Source: Podarcis melisellensis
Lineage: Eukaryota
Strand: one strand, 5' to 3'
NCBI GenBank assembly: GCA_964234715.1
Contig: OZ174275.1
Length of the DNA stretch: 64,000 nucleotides
Shown here in pieces: positions 1-12,675 of this stretch. The notes below the pieces were generated by a model. It ran no database searches and had not been told where the DNA came from. It was given only the letters and a program-made list of their open reading frames with translations. A program made the translations under genes and the position numbers. Each line of letters begins with the position of its first letter. Position 1 is the stretch's first letter.

Positions 1-1524
1 CTGCAACCTAAATCATGCCTACTGAGAAGTTAACTACCTAATTCTTGCTCTCTGGTAAGTGGGGAGGGGGGGATAAATTAGGATTACAGCCCAACTGATA
101 GAAATATCATGTAATTAAGACCTTCCATCCTCCTTGTCCTCCACCCTTAGCCATCTCCCTTTTAGCAATATAAGACAAAGCTTTCAATATATATTGAGGG
201 GCGTGCGGCAGAAAGACATAAATGCACACTCTTTTTATGTGTCTTGAACAGCAGCACCAAAATTCTTCAAACTTTTGTTAAAGAACAATGGTCCCAAGGA
301 GAAAAACAAAACAAAGCAACAACCCAGGCCTGTAAAATAAAAGAGAAAAATGTGCTAGCATTAAACAAAAACAAAAACCCTGCAATGCAATAGATAGCCA
401 TAGGAATCCAGCAAACACCATATGAGGTAAAAAGAAAGCTGAACAGCAATACTAAATCTACATTTTAAAAATAGAACAGAAAACCATTATTTGAACTCTC
501 ACCTTGCAATCAGAGTGTCCTGTTCCGTCACTGCAGCAACAAATACGTAGAACCAGGTTTTCAAGTGGCTGCCTTGTAGTGGAAGACTGAGTTAAAGGTT
601 GCTGGTTTTGGTGTGTGTGTGTGTGTGTGTTTTTTTTTCCTGACCCCCTTCCCTTACACTTGTGGAAAGTCCTGCATAATTGCTTGTCCTGAGATCTACT
701 GCTTCAGCTTGGAACAGTATCTGCTTGAACAGCCTCAACCTATCCAGGACCTCTTACTTACTATCAAGCCCTAGGGCTCCCTAGGCCACACCCACACCAC
801 AAAAGCTCACCTGACACACATTCAGTATGTAAAAATGTATTTCCTACACCTGTTGGGGGAGATGGCTTGCTGCAGCAGCTGTTGCATATTACATACCCTG
901 AGCAATTCCTTTTCCCACCACTCCCAGTGTAGCAATGGAGGTAATATGAAAAGACCCTTAGCAAGTTCTGCAACTATAATGTGATTTAAATTCCTCCTGG
1001 CTTTGTTATTTGTATGCTAGGTGTACATGCCAGCAAATCAGATGTTGGTCCAGCTGCTAACCTGCCCTTCCTCAAGGCTCTAGGTAGCCTGTCTGTGAAC
1101 ACTTAAGCCTGCCTGTCCTTAAAAATGAATAAATAATGTAAAGCAGCACATCTCCCTTCCTTTAAAAATAAAAATAAAATAAAAGAAACACATAGCAAAA
1201 ATGCACTGGGGATAAGGGCCAGGAAGGAGAAGAGTTAATCAACTACCAACTACCTACAGCTGCCCTCTAGCAGCAAATTGCAGTATGTACTGTTTTTGTG
1301 GTCCCCCCCCCCCCCACTCCACCCTGAGCCAGCCAGACACTTCAGTTTGAAAGGTATGCTTTAATTTGATGAGGTGAGGCTAGTCAACTCTGCCTCCAGA
1401 TCTACTAAGGGCTCCCACCTTTAAGGTGGCCTTTAGTAAGCCATCGGCTTGGTACTTACCTGAACTGTATCTTGCTTGAAAGTGCTCCTCCAGTCACAGA
1501 CGTAAACAAGACACACTGACAGCC

Positions 1525-3946
1525 AGTATCTTTACTGAATGAATTTATTGTTTTTTTGAACTAAAGTTGCTCACAGTTATTTAACAAGGGATACATCAGA
1601 AGGTTCTTCTTTGTCCATTTTGACTGTTAAATAATGTCAGTTTGTGTGTCCACATGTGCGTGTGTGTTTGTGTCTTCAAAGTACAAAATAGGAAGGATAA
1701 CAAGAGGTATTGCTTTCATTTATTCTTATGTCTTGTGTAAATAATCCCCTTCCTGCTTGTACTGTATGGGTTTTGCTGTATTACTATTATTATTATTAGT
1801 AGTAGTAGTAGCATTTATTATTCTGTATTGAAATCCCAGCCTTTTGTAGAGGTACAATGTAACAGAAGCATCAAAATCTATACACAAGGGGAGATAAAAG
1901 AGGGGAAAGGGGGCTGAGGGTGGTGGAAGGGAAGCCTGGGGGGGAGGGAAGCAGAAGGTGGAGGCAGAAAAGACAACAAAAGCAAAAGAGACTAATTTAC
2001 ATCAATATCATGCAATTAAAACTGCCCCCGAACCTCCCCTCCCTCCGTCTCCAACCATCACCCTTCCTGTGTCCGACATGCACACAGCAATACAAGATAA
2101 AATTTCCAGATTAGAAAACAAAGCAAAACAAAGGAACACCTTCCCACTTTTGTGTGTCTCTTAAAAAAAAAAGAAAAAGGGATTTCCCCCTTCAAACCTA
2201 TGTACAAGAAAAATGGGTCCAAGAAAGGGGGGAGGGTGGGGAGAATCCATAAACAACAAAGACAAATGAAATTAAAAAAACAAAAAAACAAAGGGAAGGG
2301 AAATAAGAGGGAGAAATCTAATATTATCTTTAAAAAACCTTGCAATACAACATACACTCATAAAAACTCAACAAACAACAATTGAAGGTAATAAGAGAAT
2401 TGAACACTAATACTAAAATCTACATTTAAAAGATATTGGTCAAGGAGGTTTACTCCTGCTGTTTCTTTTCTTCTTCTTTTTTGTCTTTGACACATATGAT
2501 CATGGTTTTGGAAACCTTTGCATGTGGGCCAGATTGAGTTACACTTGGTGATAGTTGGAGAGAGAAAAAAGACAGAAGCCAAACACAAAAATGGAATATT
2601 GGTGAGAGGATGAAGTTAAGTGGTCTTGTCATCATTCTTTTCCCCTCTCCCCAAAAATAAATAGGAATCAGTGTTACCTCTACACAGTAATGAAAGCAGA
2701 AGATTTATCTAACAGCTTAAATTTTTAAATATATATTTATATATATGCATTATAAATAATAACCAAGACCTAATAATAACTTAAACACACACAAGGAAGT
2801 TCCAGCCCACCCACCCACTTTTGAAAAAAAAAAATTATAAAAATATCTTGCAATACTTTTAGAAGTTTACAGTAGCTTTGTGGTTTTGTTTTTGTTTTTT
2901 TAACTCGCCCATAGTGCTATCTCCTCCATATCTTGCTCCGATGAACTACCAGTGGTTGTACACCCACACGCGCACCCACACAGGAAGGGGAAGTTTGTTC
3001 GTTTTTAACTCTCATTTCATGTTCTTCCTTTGCATCAAAATTAAAAAAAAAAAGAACAACAAACGCACGCAACCCAAATGAATAAATAATTAAATAAATT
3101 AGATAACAAATAAATAAACGAAACCAGCAAATAAATAATACTGATATATCAATGCAGCACTAACGACACAATAGTTGCATCCAGATGCACGAGGCAGGAG
3201 AGAATTCAGCCGGCGGAAGGAAGTCCCAGTGCAGAGGGAAGGAAGGAAGGAACTGAGAGAGAGAGAGCAGGTTGAGGAGAGAAGCAGCAGCAGCAGCAAC
3301 GACAGTGGTGGTGCAGGTGGCAAGAGTGCATGGCAGCAGCAGAGATTGTCCTCCAACAGGTGGATTCTTGTCCCTCCTCCTCGCTGCCGGGAGCTGCGTT
3401 CCCCCCAAGTTTCAGTGTTCTTATTTGATTTGACTTCCGTCTTGTAGTTTTTCCCTAAGTTTGTGCTCTGCCCCTCCAGCAGGCTGGGAGGGGGAGAAAT
3501 TTGGAGATTATAAAAACAAAAACACAATTGGAGGGGGCGGGTTGAGGGAGTTGGGTGGTGTGGGGAAAGGATCTGGGGTGGTGAAATTTGAGGACAACTT
3601 TCCTGTGGTAAAGCTCCTTAACAAAACATCGCCTGAATATGTCGTGATACTGCCCTCCCGCAGTCTGGATTTGCCAATGGGGAAGTGTGCTGTCAAGGGC
3701 AACGATGTCACTCCAGTGACTCCGACTGTGCAATTTTTTATAACTGAGCAGTTCTCCAGCGCAGAGCACCGAAAAGAAAAAGTGTGTGTGGTAGGGCGAG
3801 GGAAAAAGAGGAGACCCATTTCCTGCAGTGGGAGAGGGGAGGCTGGGAGTCCCCAAACAGAACCAGTCCGTGGACAGTCTTACATCAGTGGCCTTCCGTG
3901 AACAAGTGTTCGCAGAGCACAGAAGGTGAAGCTGTTGGCTGACATG
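1525..3946 (-). other. BRSK2: BRSK2 3'UTR (~2.4 kb, U-rich on the transcribed strand)
   Basis: Follows the TAA of the GIIPKS exon; long U/UG-rich tracts; no recognisable transposon; ends near a poly(A) signal; cleavage site approximate. Confidence 0.7.
1544..1549 (-). terminator. Probable distal polyadenylation signal AATAAA
   Basis: tttatt on + strand; followed on - by AGTAAA (1531-1536) and a GU-rich element tgtcagtgtgtcttgttt; further AATAAA at 1719-1724 and 1814-1819. Confidence 0.65.
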
Positions 3947-3966
3947 TTAACTTTTCGGGATAATTC
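3947..3966 (-). CDS. BRSK2: BRSK2 short alternative last coding exon, (G)IIPKS*
   Basis: Acceptor ctctgctaccag|GA at 3967-3968; GA ATT ATC CCG AAA AGT TAA; matches the GIIPKS C-terminus I recall for a mammalian BRSK2 isoform. Confidence 0.93.
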
Positions 3967-4487
3967 CTGGTAGCAGAGTGGAAACAAGCGGTGGTGTCAG
4001 AAACACAGAGAAAACAGAACAAGGACAAAAGAGGGCAGGGCAGTAAATCAGAAGGTGACTGGGGTGGGGGTAGGAAGTAAAAGAAAAGAGCTCGGAGATG
4101 ATAAACAAACCAAAAAACAACAACCCAAGATTTGCCAAACTGGGTTTGTCATCTGTGCTACCTTTTCTTTCTTTTCTCATTGCTTTTGTGTTTTGTTTCA
4201 GAGAGATATATTATATCATATAAATATATATATGTGTGTGTTTGTGTTTTATATATATAATATATATATATATATGTACACAGTCATTCCTTCATACAAA
4301 AGTTGTCTATAGACAGTTTTGTACTGTTGTAGCACTATATATACACATCCATCTGTTTTAGAGGCTAGCTTGCTAAAGAATACTCAGTCATTTCCGTTTG
4401 CGTCTCTCCGTGTGTGTGTGTGTTTAGTTATTTAGACTGTTTCTTTTTCCTTTTCCTCTTTTTTTATTATTTAAAAATTGCATTTAT

Positions 4488-4711
4488 TTAAGGTTGGTCT
4501 TGTAGGCCGAGTGACGAGGCCATCTTTGCCTTCTCTTTGCCAGCGGGGTACTTAGTGTCTCCTCTAGACCCATAGTCATTAGCATCGGAATCGCTCCGCT
4601 TGCTGTTTGCGCTATGCTTGGTTGGCGTGCCGGGGGGATGGCTCACCTGCCCGTTCTTCTCGTCTGAAAAAAGTTGTTTAATTACGTCAAAGAAGTTACT
4701 CAATGGGCTGC
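4488..4711 (-). CDS. BRSK2: BRSK2 long alternative last coding exon, (G)SPLSNFFDVIKQLFSDEKNGQVSHPPGTPTKH...SSLGLQDQP*; second internal acceptor gives 4488-4663 starting (D)EKNGQ
   Basis: Acceptors tatacccag|GC (4712-4713) and cttttttcag|AC (4664-4665), 48 nt apart, both phase 1; TAA at 4488-4490; peptide in ORF 4488..4946. Confidence 0.92.
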
Positions 4712-7267
4712 CTGGGTATACAAAACAGAGGAGACAAAAAGAAAACAAAGAAAGCAAGAGAAAGAGAAAAGAGAGAGAGAGAAGAGAGAGAAAAAAGAGA
4801 ACAAACAAACAAATGAACAATGGGGTTTTAAACGAGAAGAACGTGATGAGCGGTCCAGAGCCACGTGCATGGGTGTATGTGGAGGATGAAGACAATGAGC
4901 AGAAGAGGAAGAGCATCAGGATGGGAGCACTGAACTGCCTACGCATATGGAAAGCCTGGGGTCAAGAATGCCACACCTGGTGGTTGGAATCTTGCACTGT
5001 ATAGCAAAAAGCAGAACTTTTGCCTAGAAGGGCAACTGGCATGCTTGGAGAATGCCATGATGCTGGATAATACTGGGCCTACATGAAACTCCTCTGAAAA
5101 AAATGTCCTGAGTGAAGGAATTCAAGAATAATGCAAAACCACCAAAACTCTGATCCTAAGCATGCTCTCTGGGAAGTCAGTTCTATTGCTTCCAATGGCG
5201 TTTTCTTCTAAGCACCTGTGATCAAGTATGTAATCTAAAATTATGCCTCGAAGATTCAGTGATACCTCATTTGCCTGATCCGTAGCCACACATGTACTCT
5301 TATGATCACACACAGAGCTTCTGCATACACAAGCTGCTCCCTTAACTTCAAGGAGAAGAGATTTGCTTGCACAAAGGAATTAAGCTGCAAATCTACTTTC
5401 TCCATTGAATTGAATGGGGGAACCTTTGTGGGCAGTAGAACTGTGTGTGAGCACAGGAGTTCCAGAACTTATAAAAATACAACTTAGGATCTGTATCTAT
5501 GATTCTACTCTTCTCCATCATTCCGTTTCTGTGTGATTTGTTCCAAACTTTAGGAATGCTCACTAAACTTTTTATGTCTATTTCTATCATCCGTTGCACA
5601 CCAATTATGCTACTTACATTAAGTACTTTAGCTTGCATGAAATTTAGCAGCAAAGGAGCATCCCCACCCCCAAACAGCATGTGAACACTGCCATCAACCT
5701 GTGTCAAATGTGCACAGGTAGCATCCCAATCTACAAAGTGTTCATATACCCCTGAACTATGTCTGCTGCTGTTTCCCTAAGGCAGGATTCCATACCGTAG
5801 CAGTAATGCCTAAATCCAGTAATCATATGCAACAGACAATTCATGTTTAACATTTCCACAGCAGCTCCATATGCCCCTGTGAGTCAAGGGCCCTGGATTG
5901 TCAATCCCCTCCCTCTGCACCCTTCCCACATTATCACTGAATTTAGGGACCAATCCAAACTTTGGCAGCCAACTGCTGGCCTTTGTTGAGTGGTGAGGCC
6001 ACTGGCACGTCTGCAGCCCTGCCACACATGGCAGCCAGGGTAGGTGAGAGTGAGGACCAGCACAATTGCGGTGCCCGGCTGGAGCTTATGCCTTGATCGG
6101 GACTGGATTGAGCCCAATGCCACTGTGCAACAGCAGTGGGACTGGTTCGGCAGGCAGTGAACCATGGGTCAACTCAGCCTCTCCCCGCTTCTCAAATGCT
6201 TGATTTGGGTGCATTTCTTTCTGGCTGCTGCCAGGGGGAATTCTGCTTGCAACAATGGAAGATACACAGCAGAGCTGTAATGCTTCAGTCACCCTAGTGG
6301 TGGCAGCAGACCTCAGTGGAGGGACAATCCAACACACTTCCCAGGCAACAGGGGTCTGCATTGTTCTGCCTGATGTTGCTTATTGTGGTGTGAGATCTGG
6401 CCCTAGGAGCCTATGAAACTTATTTAAAATAATAACTAAGATGCATCTTAGCCACCATATATCTCATGTGGCATCCAAAAGAGAGTTACTGCCTCTCTTG
6501 AAAATAAGATGAATTCTAGGAAACTACCTAAGATGCATAAGGCTAAATCCGACACAGTGTTAAGTGCATTTAAGCCCACTGATTCCAATGGGTTTATGGG
6601 TGCTTAACTCTGTGCTGAATTGTGACAAGAGCGTATAACAGTTGCTAGTTACTAGAAACCACTGATGAGTCCATGGGGAATGTAGATGCTGGAAGACTGA
6701 CAAATCGGGAAACTTCTTCTATTTTGTTTTAGTGAACAAAACGAAGAACTAGATATTGCCTAAGAGAACACTGGATGCAATTGGACAAGTTTTCTGGGAC
6801 TGATAATTTAAATAACTAAGTATGTCAGTACCCTGCAGAAAACAGAGAAACGAAAATGTTTTACCAAGGCTTGGGATTAATCTGAACAAGGGACCATTTC
6901 AACTCAGTCCAATTTTTCTTCCAGGGTACGTCCTGGAAAAGTTAACACCATTTACACCACATCCTGGTGAAGTATCTTGGTGGGTTTGGTTACAATTAAT
7001 CCACAGTGAAATCCTTGTTAAAATCTTGCTTCTAGCAATCTTCGTGTGATGTGTGAACAGACATACCAAGGATCACTGTATGTGTGCTAGTCATGCATAG
7101 CAGCACAATCCGATACATGTCTACTCATGAGTAAACCCCAGTAAGTTCAATGGTGCTCATTCCTAAGAAAGTGGTTGTAGGATTGCAGCTTAAGCAACCC
7201 AAACTGTGATGTTGAAGTGGCAGCCATGGCACTTAAGATCAAGTCCATTCTGGCTCAAATAGAGTCA

Positions 7268-7269
<2 letters not shown>

Positions 7270-7308
<39 letters not shown>
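7270..7308. repeat. (TG)n microsatellite
   Basis: Direct reading. Confidence 0.95.
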
Positions 7309-7309
<1 letters not shown>

Positions 7310-8277
7310 TCGTGATCATTGTTTATTTGCATATATTGATTATTTTAAATATCAGTAGATACAAAAATGGCCACCAATTGCACTGAAGCGACCAGACTAG
7401 TAGGCAATTCTCTCTCCACTTGTCCTATCCAGCTGGCAACCTGAGCAGAACAACACCAACCGCACTACCAGAAGGACCAAGTTGCAAGGAAAGTGTAACT
7501 TAGATACTCTTCACTTCTCATAAGACAGCCTTTCACACTTTTCGCTTTCACAGAAAACAGTCCCTTTCCTTAGGGACTTGCTAGCAAAGTATCAACGTTA
7601 GTTTTCAATAGCAAAGACTTGGAAATTTCAGAATTTAGCAGGCATTTATGTGCAGATCTTCCCATGGTTTGTGAAAAAGCCACACATCCATTCGCTCTCC
7701 TGCATTCCATCTACAACAACAAGGCTTACACTGGCCATAATCCTTCACAAACCTAGTTAAGCACACACAAGACCATTGATTTCAGTGGTCTTCCATTCAC
7801 TTAACTTGGTGCTGCAGTCACAGAAATTAAGACATGGTTTGTGACTATATAGGCCATATAGGACTGATATAAAAAAGTACAGGGAAAAAGTAGAAAGCAG
7901 AGCATCCTCCAGAGGTGCCATGATTAAGAACAACTGAGACACAACTGCCCCACTGTTTCTCCCATGATGCTGGGGCAAAAGGAATAATGGAGAGATAAGA
8001 TTTCCAGAATTTTGAAGGGAATCAAAAGTTTTATCTCCCTCAGATTTAAAGGCATAACGATCCAAACCCTGAAATCTTGCACATACGCAAAATGATATGT
8101 GTACGACACTTTGTTATGTGCTTTGGTCCTCATGCTCACATGTAAACAGGCTTCTGTGTGTGATTGTGTTGTTATTTTGTAAATTCCGCCTCCTCTAACT
8201 TTTTTAAAATAGCAAATTTAGTCTTGCATATTATGCAACAGCTTCTTGTGTACACTTTGTCAAAATTTCCAGCTAGA

Positions 8278-8280
<3 letters not shown>

Positions 8281-8312
<32 letters not shown>
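8281..8312. repeat. (AC)n microsatellite
   Basis: Direct reading. Confidence 0.95.
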
Positions 8313-8313
<1 letters not shown>

Positions 8314-10630
8314 GATGTGTGTGTTAATTACTAATTTATAGCAGAAACAAGTTTAAAGACACACATCCCTCTGCACTGATTCTCTGCAAAGTGTCTGTAA
8401 GGAATGAATATGGCAGAGTCTTGCTGCATAACGAAACAGCAAAAGAAGGTAGACAGAGGTTGTTGTATGCTTTAAAAAAACAACAACCCCCTCACTACTT
8501 TCTGGAGATAACTGCATATGTACTACTCAGCCTAACTTTGCATTTTTCTGAAAAGGTCCTGTTCCATGCAGCTGCTAGAGACAGCCACTGGAAGAATGGC
8601 GTAACTTCAGAAATAAGAATGAAAATGGTAACAACAATGGTAAAGTTGTGGTTATATTTCTGCTGTGCATGAAATGGTCGTGCTGGAGTAGTTTGTGAGA
8701 TAAAATGACATTTCCTTGATCTTTCAAAAATTATTATTCCAAACAAGTACAACATCTGACATACTGCACTGGATGGACTTAATATTAAATATTTTATCAG
8801 GAATATTTACTATTCAAATTATTCCAGAGGGTTTTTTGGGGGGGGAGGGAATATTGCTTTCACAGTTGCCTTACATACATCTCCTGCATTCTCCTAATTC
8901 GACCTGCAAATCTGTGACCCTCCAGATGATGTTGGGGCTACAATTCCCATGACCCATGACCATTTGTTTTTATTTTGCAAACTGCCTGGAGAATTTAACT
9001 GATGAGTGGCCATATACATTTAAATAAGAATACATGATAGTAATAACGAGGAGCCATGCTGCCTGGGGATGATGGGATCTGGAAACTCAACAATAACAAT
9101 AACTAGAGAGAGAAAGGTCCCCAAGCCCTCATCTACAGACGTCACTAATCTCTGCTCAGCCTACATTACCAAGGTAGCAGTTTACATCACTTGACAACAC
9201 GCTAACTCAGCTGCCTGACAGAAGCCCATTTCCTGCTAGCAATTCCCCTAGCACCTGTACATGTCTAGGGAGAAGACCATGCTGCTAGATTCTTCATAAT
9301 TTCTCTCTCTCCCAAATAGGTGGAGAGGTATTGATTATGCTTGGCTACATTTTTGTGACGTCAGTGCCATCTCCAAATAGATTTCAGCTTCTAGAATTAC
9401 AATCTAATCTGTAAAGTTATACTCAAAGGAAATTATCTAGGTTTCTGAACTCTCAGAACGTAGCTGTATTATAAATCACCATCATCTCCACCCCCCATCA
9501 TATCTTTATGGTGGTGATACACATCTATACAGAAACTTTGGGTCGCAAGGTAGAAAATAGACCTACATTGGCCAGAATACTAATTCCCATTACAAATGTC
9601 TCTCTTCTTCCATAGTCTTCTGCCTTACCAGTAATCAGACATTAGCACAAGAAGCTCAAGAGTCTTGTGAAATAGCATGAGAGAGATTTAAAGCTCATGT
9701 ACGAACATGATCCTAGAAGAGAAAGAAGAGGAATGCAAGTTTCACCCTTAGATGCCCCTCTGTGGTTAAGTTGGATTCTCACGTGGCTTTGGACCCCATG
9801 CCTTCACACGCTAAATGGAACCAGTAAAAAAAAAGTGTGAAATAAAGCGCAAAAAAGAGAGCTACAAGTGCTGCCGAGAAGGGTAAAAGAACGTGCATGT
9901 GTTTTTGAACTATGAGCTGATCAATTTATTCAGGAAGATCAGAGGCAAAAGGAAGTGCAGAAAAAGCAGGCAGAAGAAAGGCAGAAGGAGAATGGATACT
10001 GAGCTGTTTTCACAGAGGAATATAGAAGACAACCAGGAACCAAGAACATCAGTACTATTTACCGGTATGTAAAAATGCAAAGCACTTGGCAAAATTCTTA
10101 AAGGAGATTTATAATTTTAATATTATGTATTTTACTCTTAATACAGGGTCTATACTTGTCTAATTCCCCTTTGCATTTTCAAACACTCTCAATCATCTGG
10201 GTTGCCCTTCTTTAAAATACAAAGAAAGCTGACCTTTGTCGCTACTATATTAATCAGAATTTTTAGATGGAATATCAATTGGGTCTACGAGAAATCTTTG
10301 TGAAAGTATTCCCGGGAGCTGAAAGCAGGAGAACCTGGGATTGATGTATTCAGCACTTTCATTTGTTTTTACCATGGCACCCATGTTGGGAATGAAATAA
10401 ATGTCCTGTTAGTGGCGGGGCAGGGGGTAGAGGGAATCAAACTGCTGGCCCTTGGACAATTTTGTCTGCTGATTTGCAAACAACCAGGGGCCAGGTAATC
10501 ACAAAATTCATCCTTTCCTTTAATGCATCAGTAGATGGGCTTTAATGAATAGCAAATTGTGTAAAAAAGGGGGGTTATTGCATGTATCCTTGAAGTTCTG
10601 TGGTGAAAGATAACTCATGTTAAGTGTCAA

Positions 10631-10778
10631 CAGTGCTTTTTTCTGGGGGAACACAGGGGTACACATACCCCTAAACATTTTGTGAATCTAAGTCTGGCCT
10701 CATTGAGGGGGCAGCATTTCAATATGAGTAGGAAAATGAGAGTACCCCTAAATATATTTTTTTAGAAAAAAAGCACTG
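10631..10778. mobile_element. hAT-superfamily MITE, 148 bp
   Basis: Terminal inverted repeats CAGTGCTTTTTTCT / AGAAAAAAAGCACTG; perfect 8-bp TSD AGTGTCAA at 10623-10630 and 10779-10786. Confidence 0.9.
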
Positions 10779-11826
10779 AGTGTCAACCACTGTGAAACTG
10801 TCATGTTGGTCACCACAGCTAGGTTTTGTAGTGCTGTTCAGTGCAGTGGAAAAACTCAGTTTATAGGTATTTAGACTCATGTGACAAATTAGTCGTGTGT
10901 CAGTAGACTATGAATGTAAGTCAATAAAGTTTTACTCAGAGGAGACTCAATGAAATGAACATGACTAAGTTACATTCATTTCAATGGGTCCACTCTGGGT
11001 AAAACTCAGCTGGCTACCACTCTGTGCATGTGTTTTCCTTCTTCTACATTATAAGATCTTTGAAGCAACACTTGTTTTCTGTTATGCACGCAGAATACCT
11101 GTCCGCAAGAGTATACTGCAGCTATGCTGGGGCTGGAACACATTAACAGAATGTTTGAATCCCTTTGCTTGAGAAGTTGTAGCCTAGAAACCCAGCTTGG
11201 ATTACTGGAAAGTCATTGAAATATCAGAATATGTTCAGAGAGGAATGCACCCTCTTGAATAAGCTGGTCTGATAACACTAACCAACCTTCTGAATAGAAA
11301 TGCATAAGGATAAGTAGTTCCAAAGAGCAGAGGATAAAAAGAATCATAGCTACAAGGATCAGTTTATGAGAAAACGGAAGTGATGGATGTTGCCTGAGTA
11401 TCAGATAAGGAGGCAAATACTTGGATACAAAGGAAGTGCCAAAGTCCTAAGGAAGCAGATTAATACCAGCCAATTCATGAATGTAGCAGAGATGCTACTT
11501 AAGGCCACAAGGAAAGCACTGCAACCGAATGTAGTCCAAAACAGAAGTTTCAAAGTATGAAAGAAGACAGTATCCAGATGGAGAGTGTAATAGACACTAG
11601 TTCTAAATATATTCACCATTTGTTAGGAAGCTATTGTGGCACAGCAAGATCAATGTTGCAGGCAACTTTGCCGAAGAAGCCAACATATTTTCTTTTGCTT
11701 CAGTCAAGTAAGAGAAATGATGCGCTTGCCTTCCTTTTGATGCCATATACATGGATATATCAAGAGAAAAGATGGTGATGTTATTCAAATTTTGTTTGGA
11801 AGTTGATGATGTTACAAACTTGAATG

Positions 11827-11985
11827 GGAAGGGTCATGGCTAAGTGGCAGTACAACTGCTTTGCATTCAGAAGGCTCCACATTCAATCTTCAAGGAGATT
11901 GAAACCCTGGAGGCCTGCTGCCAATCAGCATAGACAATACTGAGCTGATAGACCAATGGCGTGACTCAGTATAGGGCAGTTTCCT
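11827..11985 (+). mobile_element. Degraded tRNA-derived squamate SINE with CR1-like tail (family assignment tentative)
   Basis: A/B-box-like head ggctaagtggcag...ttgcattcagaagg..attcaatc and tail gaccaatggcgtgactcagtatagggcagtttcct. Confidence 0.65.
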
Positions 11986-12576
11986 TTCAGAGGCTCCACC
12001 TTACCCTCAAAAATGCAAGTGGAAACCCCTCCTTAACTTTAGCTAAACCCTTAAGGTCATATCTCCCTCTAACAGACCAACACGTTTTTTTAAAAAAATC
12101 ACTTGTCTTTGAGGTATTTGGACATAAATAAGATCACAGCAAGCAAATAGTCTATGTTTTTCTCATGAGAAAAGTTTTGCTCACTCTCTGGTTTTGTTCA
12201 CTGTAAATGCCTGCTCTTAGGAAACATGTCATATTTCACTGAAAAGATGATTGGGGAGGGAGGTGTTGTCAATTTCAAAACAAAACAACCATCCCACAAC
12301 AGTCCAATTTTTACTTCTGGTATTATTCCTATATCCATAAATTTTCCAGAAACCTCAGTGTATCTCTGTTACCACTCTTTCAGCTCTTCCCTTAAGGCCC
12401 CTTATCAGCATTCATTAGTAAGGAATTATAAGCACAAAGAAATGATGCCAAAGTCTGATACACTGTTGGGAGAGCTCAACTCTGACCAGGGCCAATGGGC
12501 CTCCTTTATGATGAGAAGTCTTGTGGTGGCCACTACCTCCATTTCTGGTTTCCCCACCTCACAAATGATGATACAG

Positions 12577-12675
12577 AGTTAGAAAAGGTATTGAAAAGGG
12601 CACATAAAATAATGGCAAGATAGGGACACCTTCCCTAAGAAGAACGGCTAAAGCATTTTGAGTATTCAAACTTAA
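12577..12675 (+). mobile_element. CR1 LINE ORF2 3' fragment
   Basis: Degenerate match to the CR1 motif ELEKVQKRATKM...HLPYEERLKHLGLF (gagttagaaaaggta...cttccctaagaagaacggctaaagcatttt). Confidence 0.65.

Noticed and set aside
1-1500. Possible neighbouring gene downstream of BRSK2
   Set aside because: No coding exon recognisable in this stretch
1920-5004. Lys/Arg/Glu-rich plus-strand ORFs in the UTR and last intron
   Set aside because: Products of low-complexity A/G-rich sequence that is the complement of U-rich UTR and polypyrimidine tracts
9779-9810. Acceptor-like ttttactggttccatttag giving a possible ACEGMGSKAT* terminus
   Set aside because: No similarity to a BRSK2 tail I recognise and no other support; cannot be separated from a cryptic site
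11827-11900. tRNA-like A/B boxes
   Set aside because: Head of a decayed SINE; no intact cloverleaf
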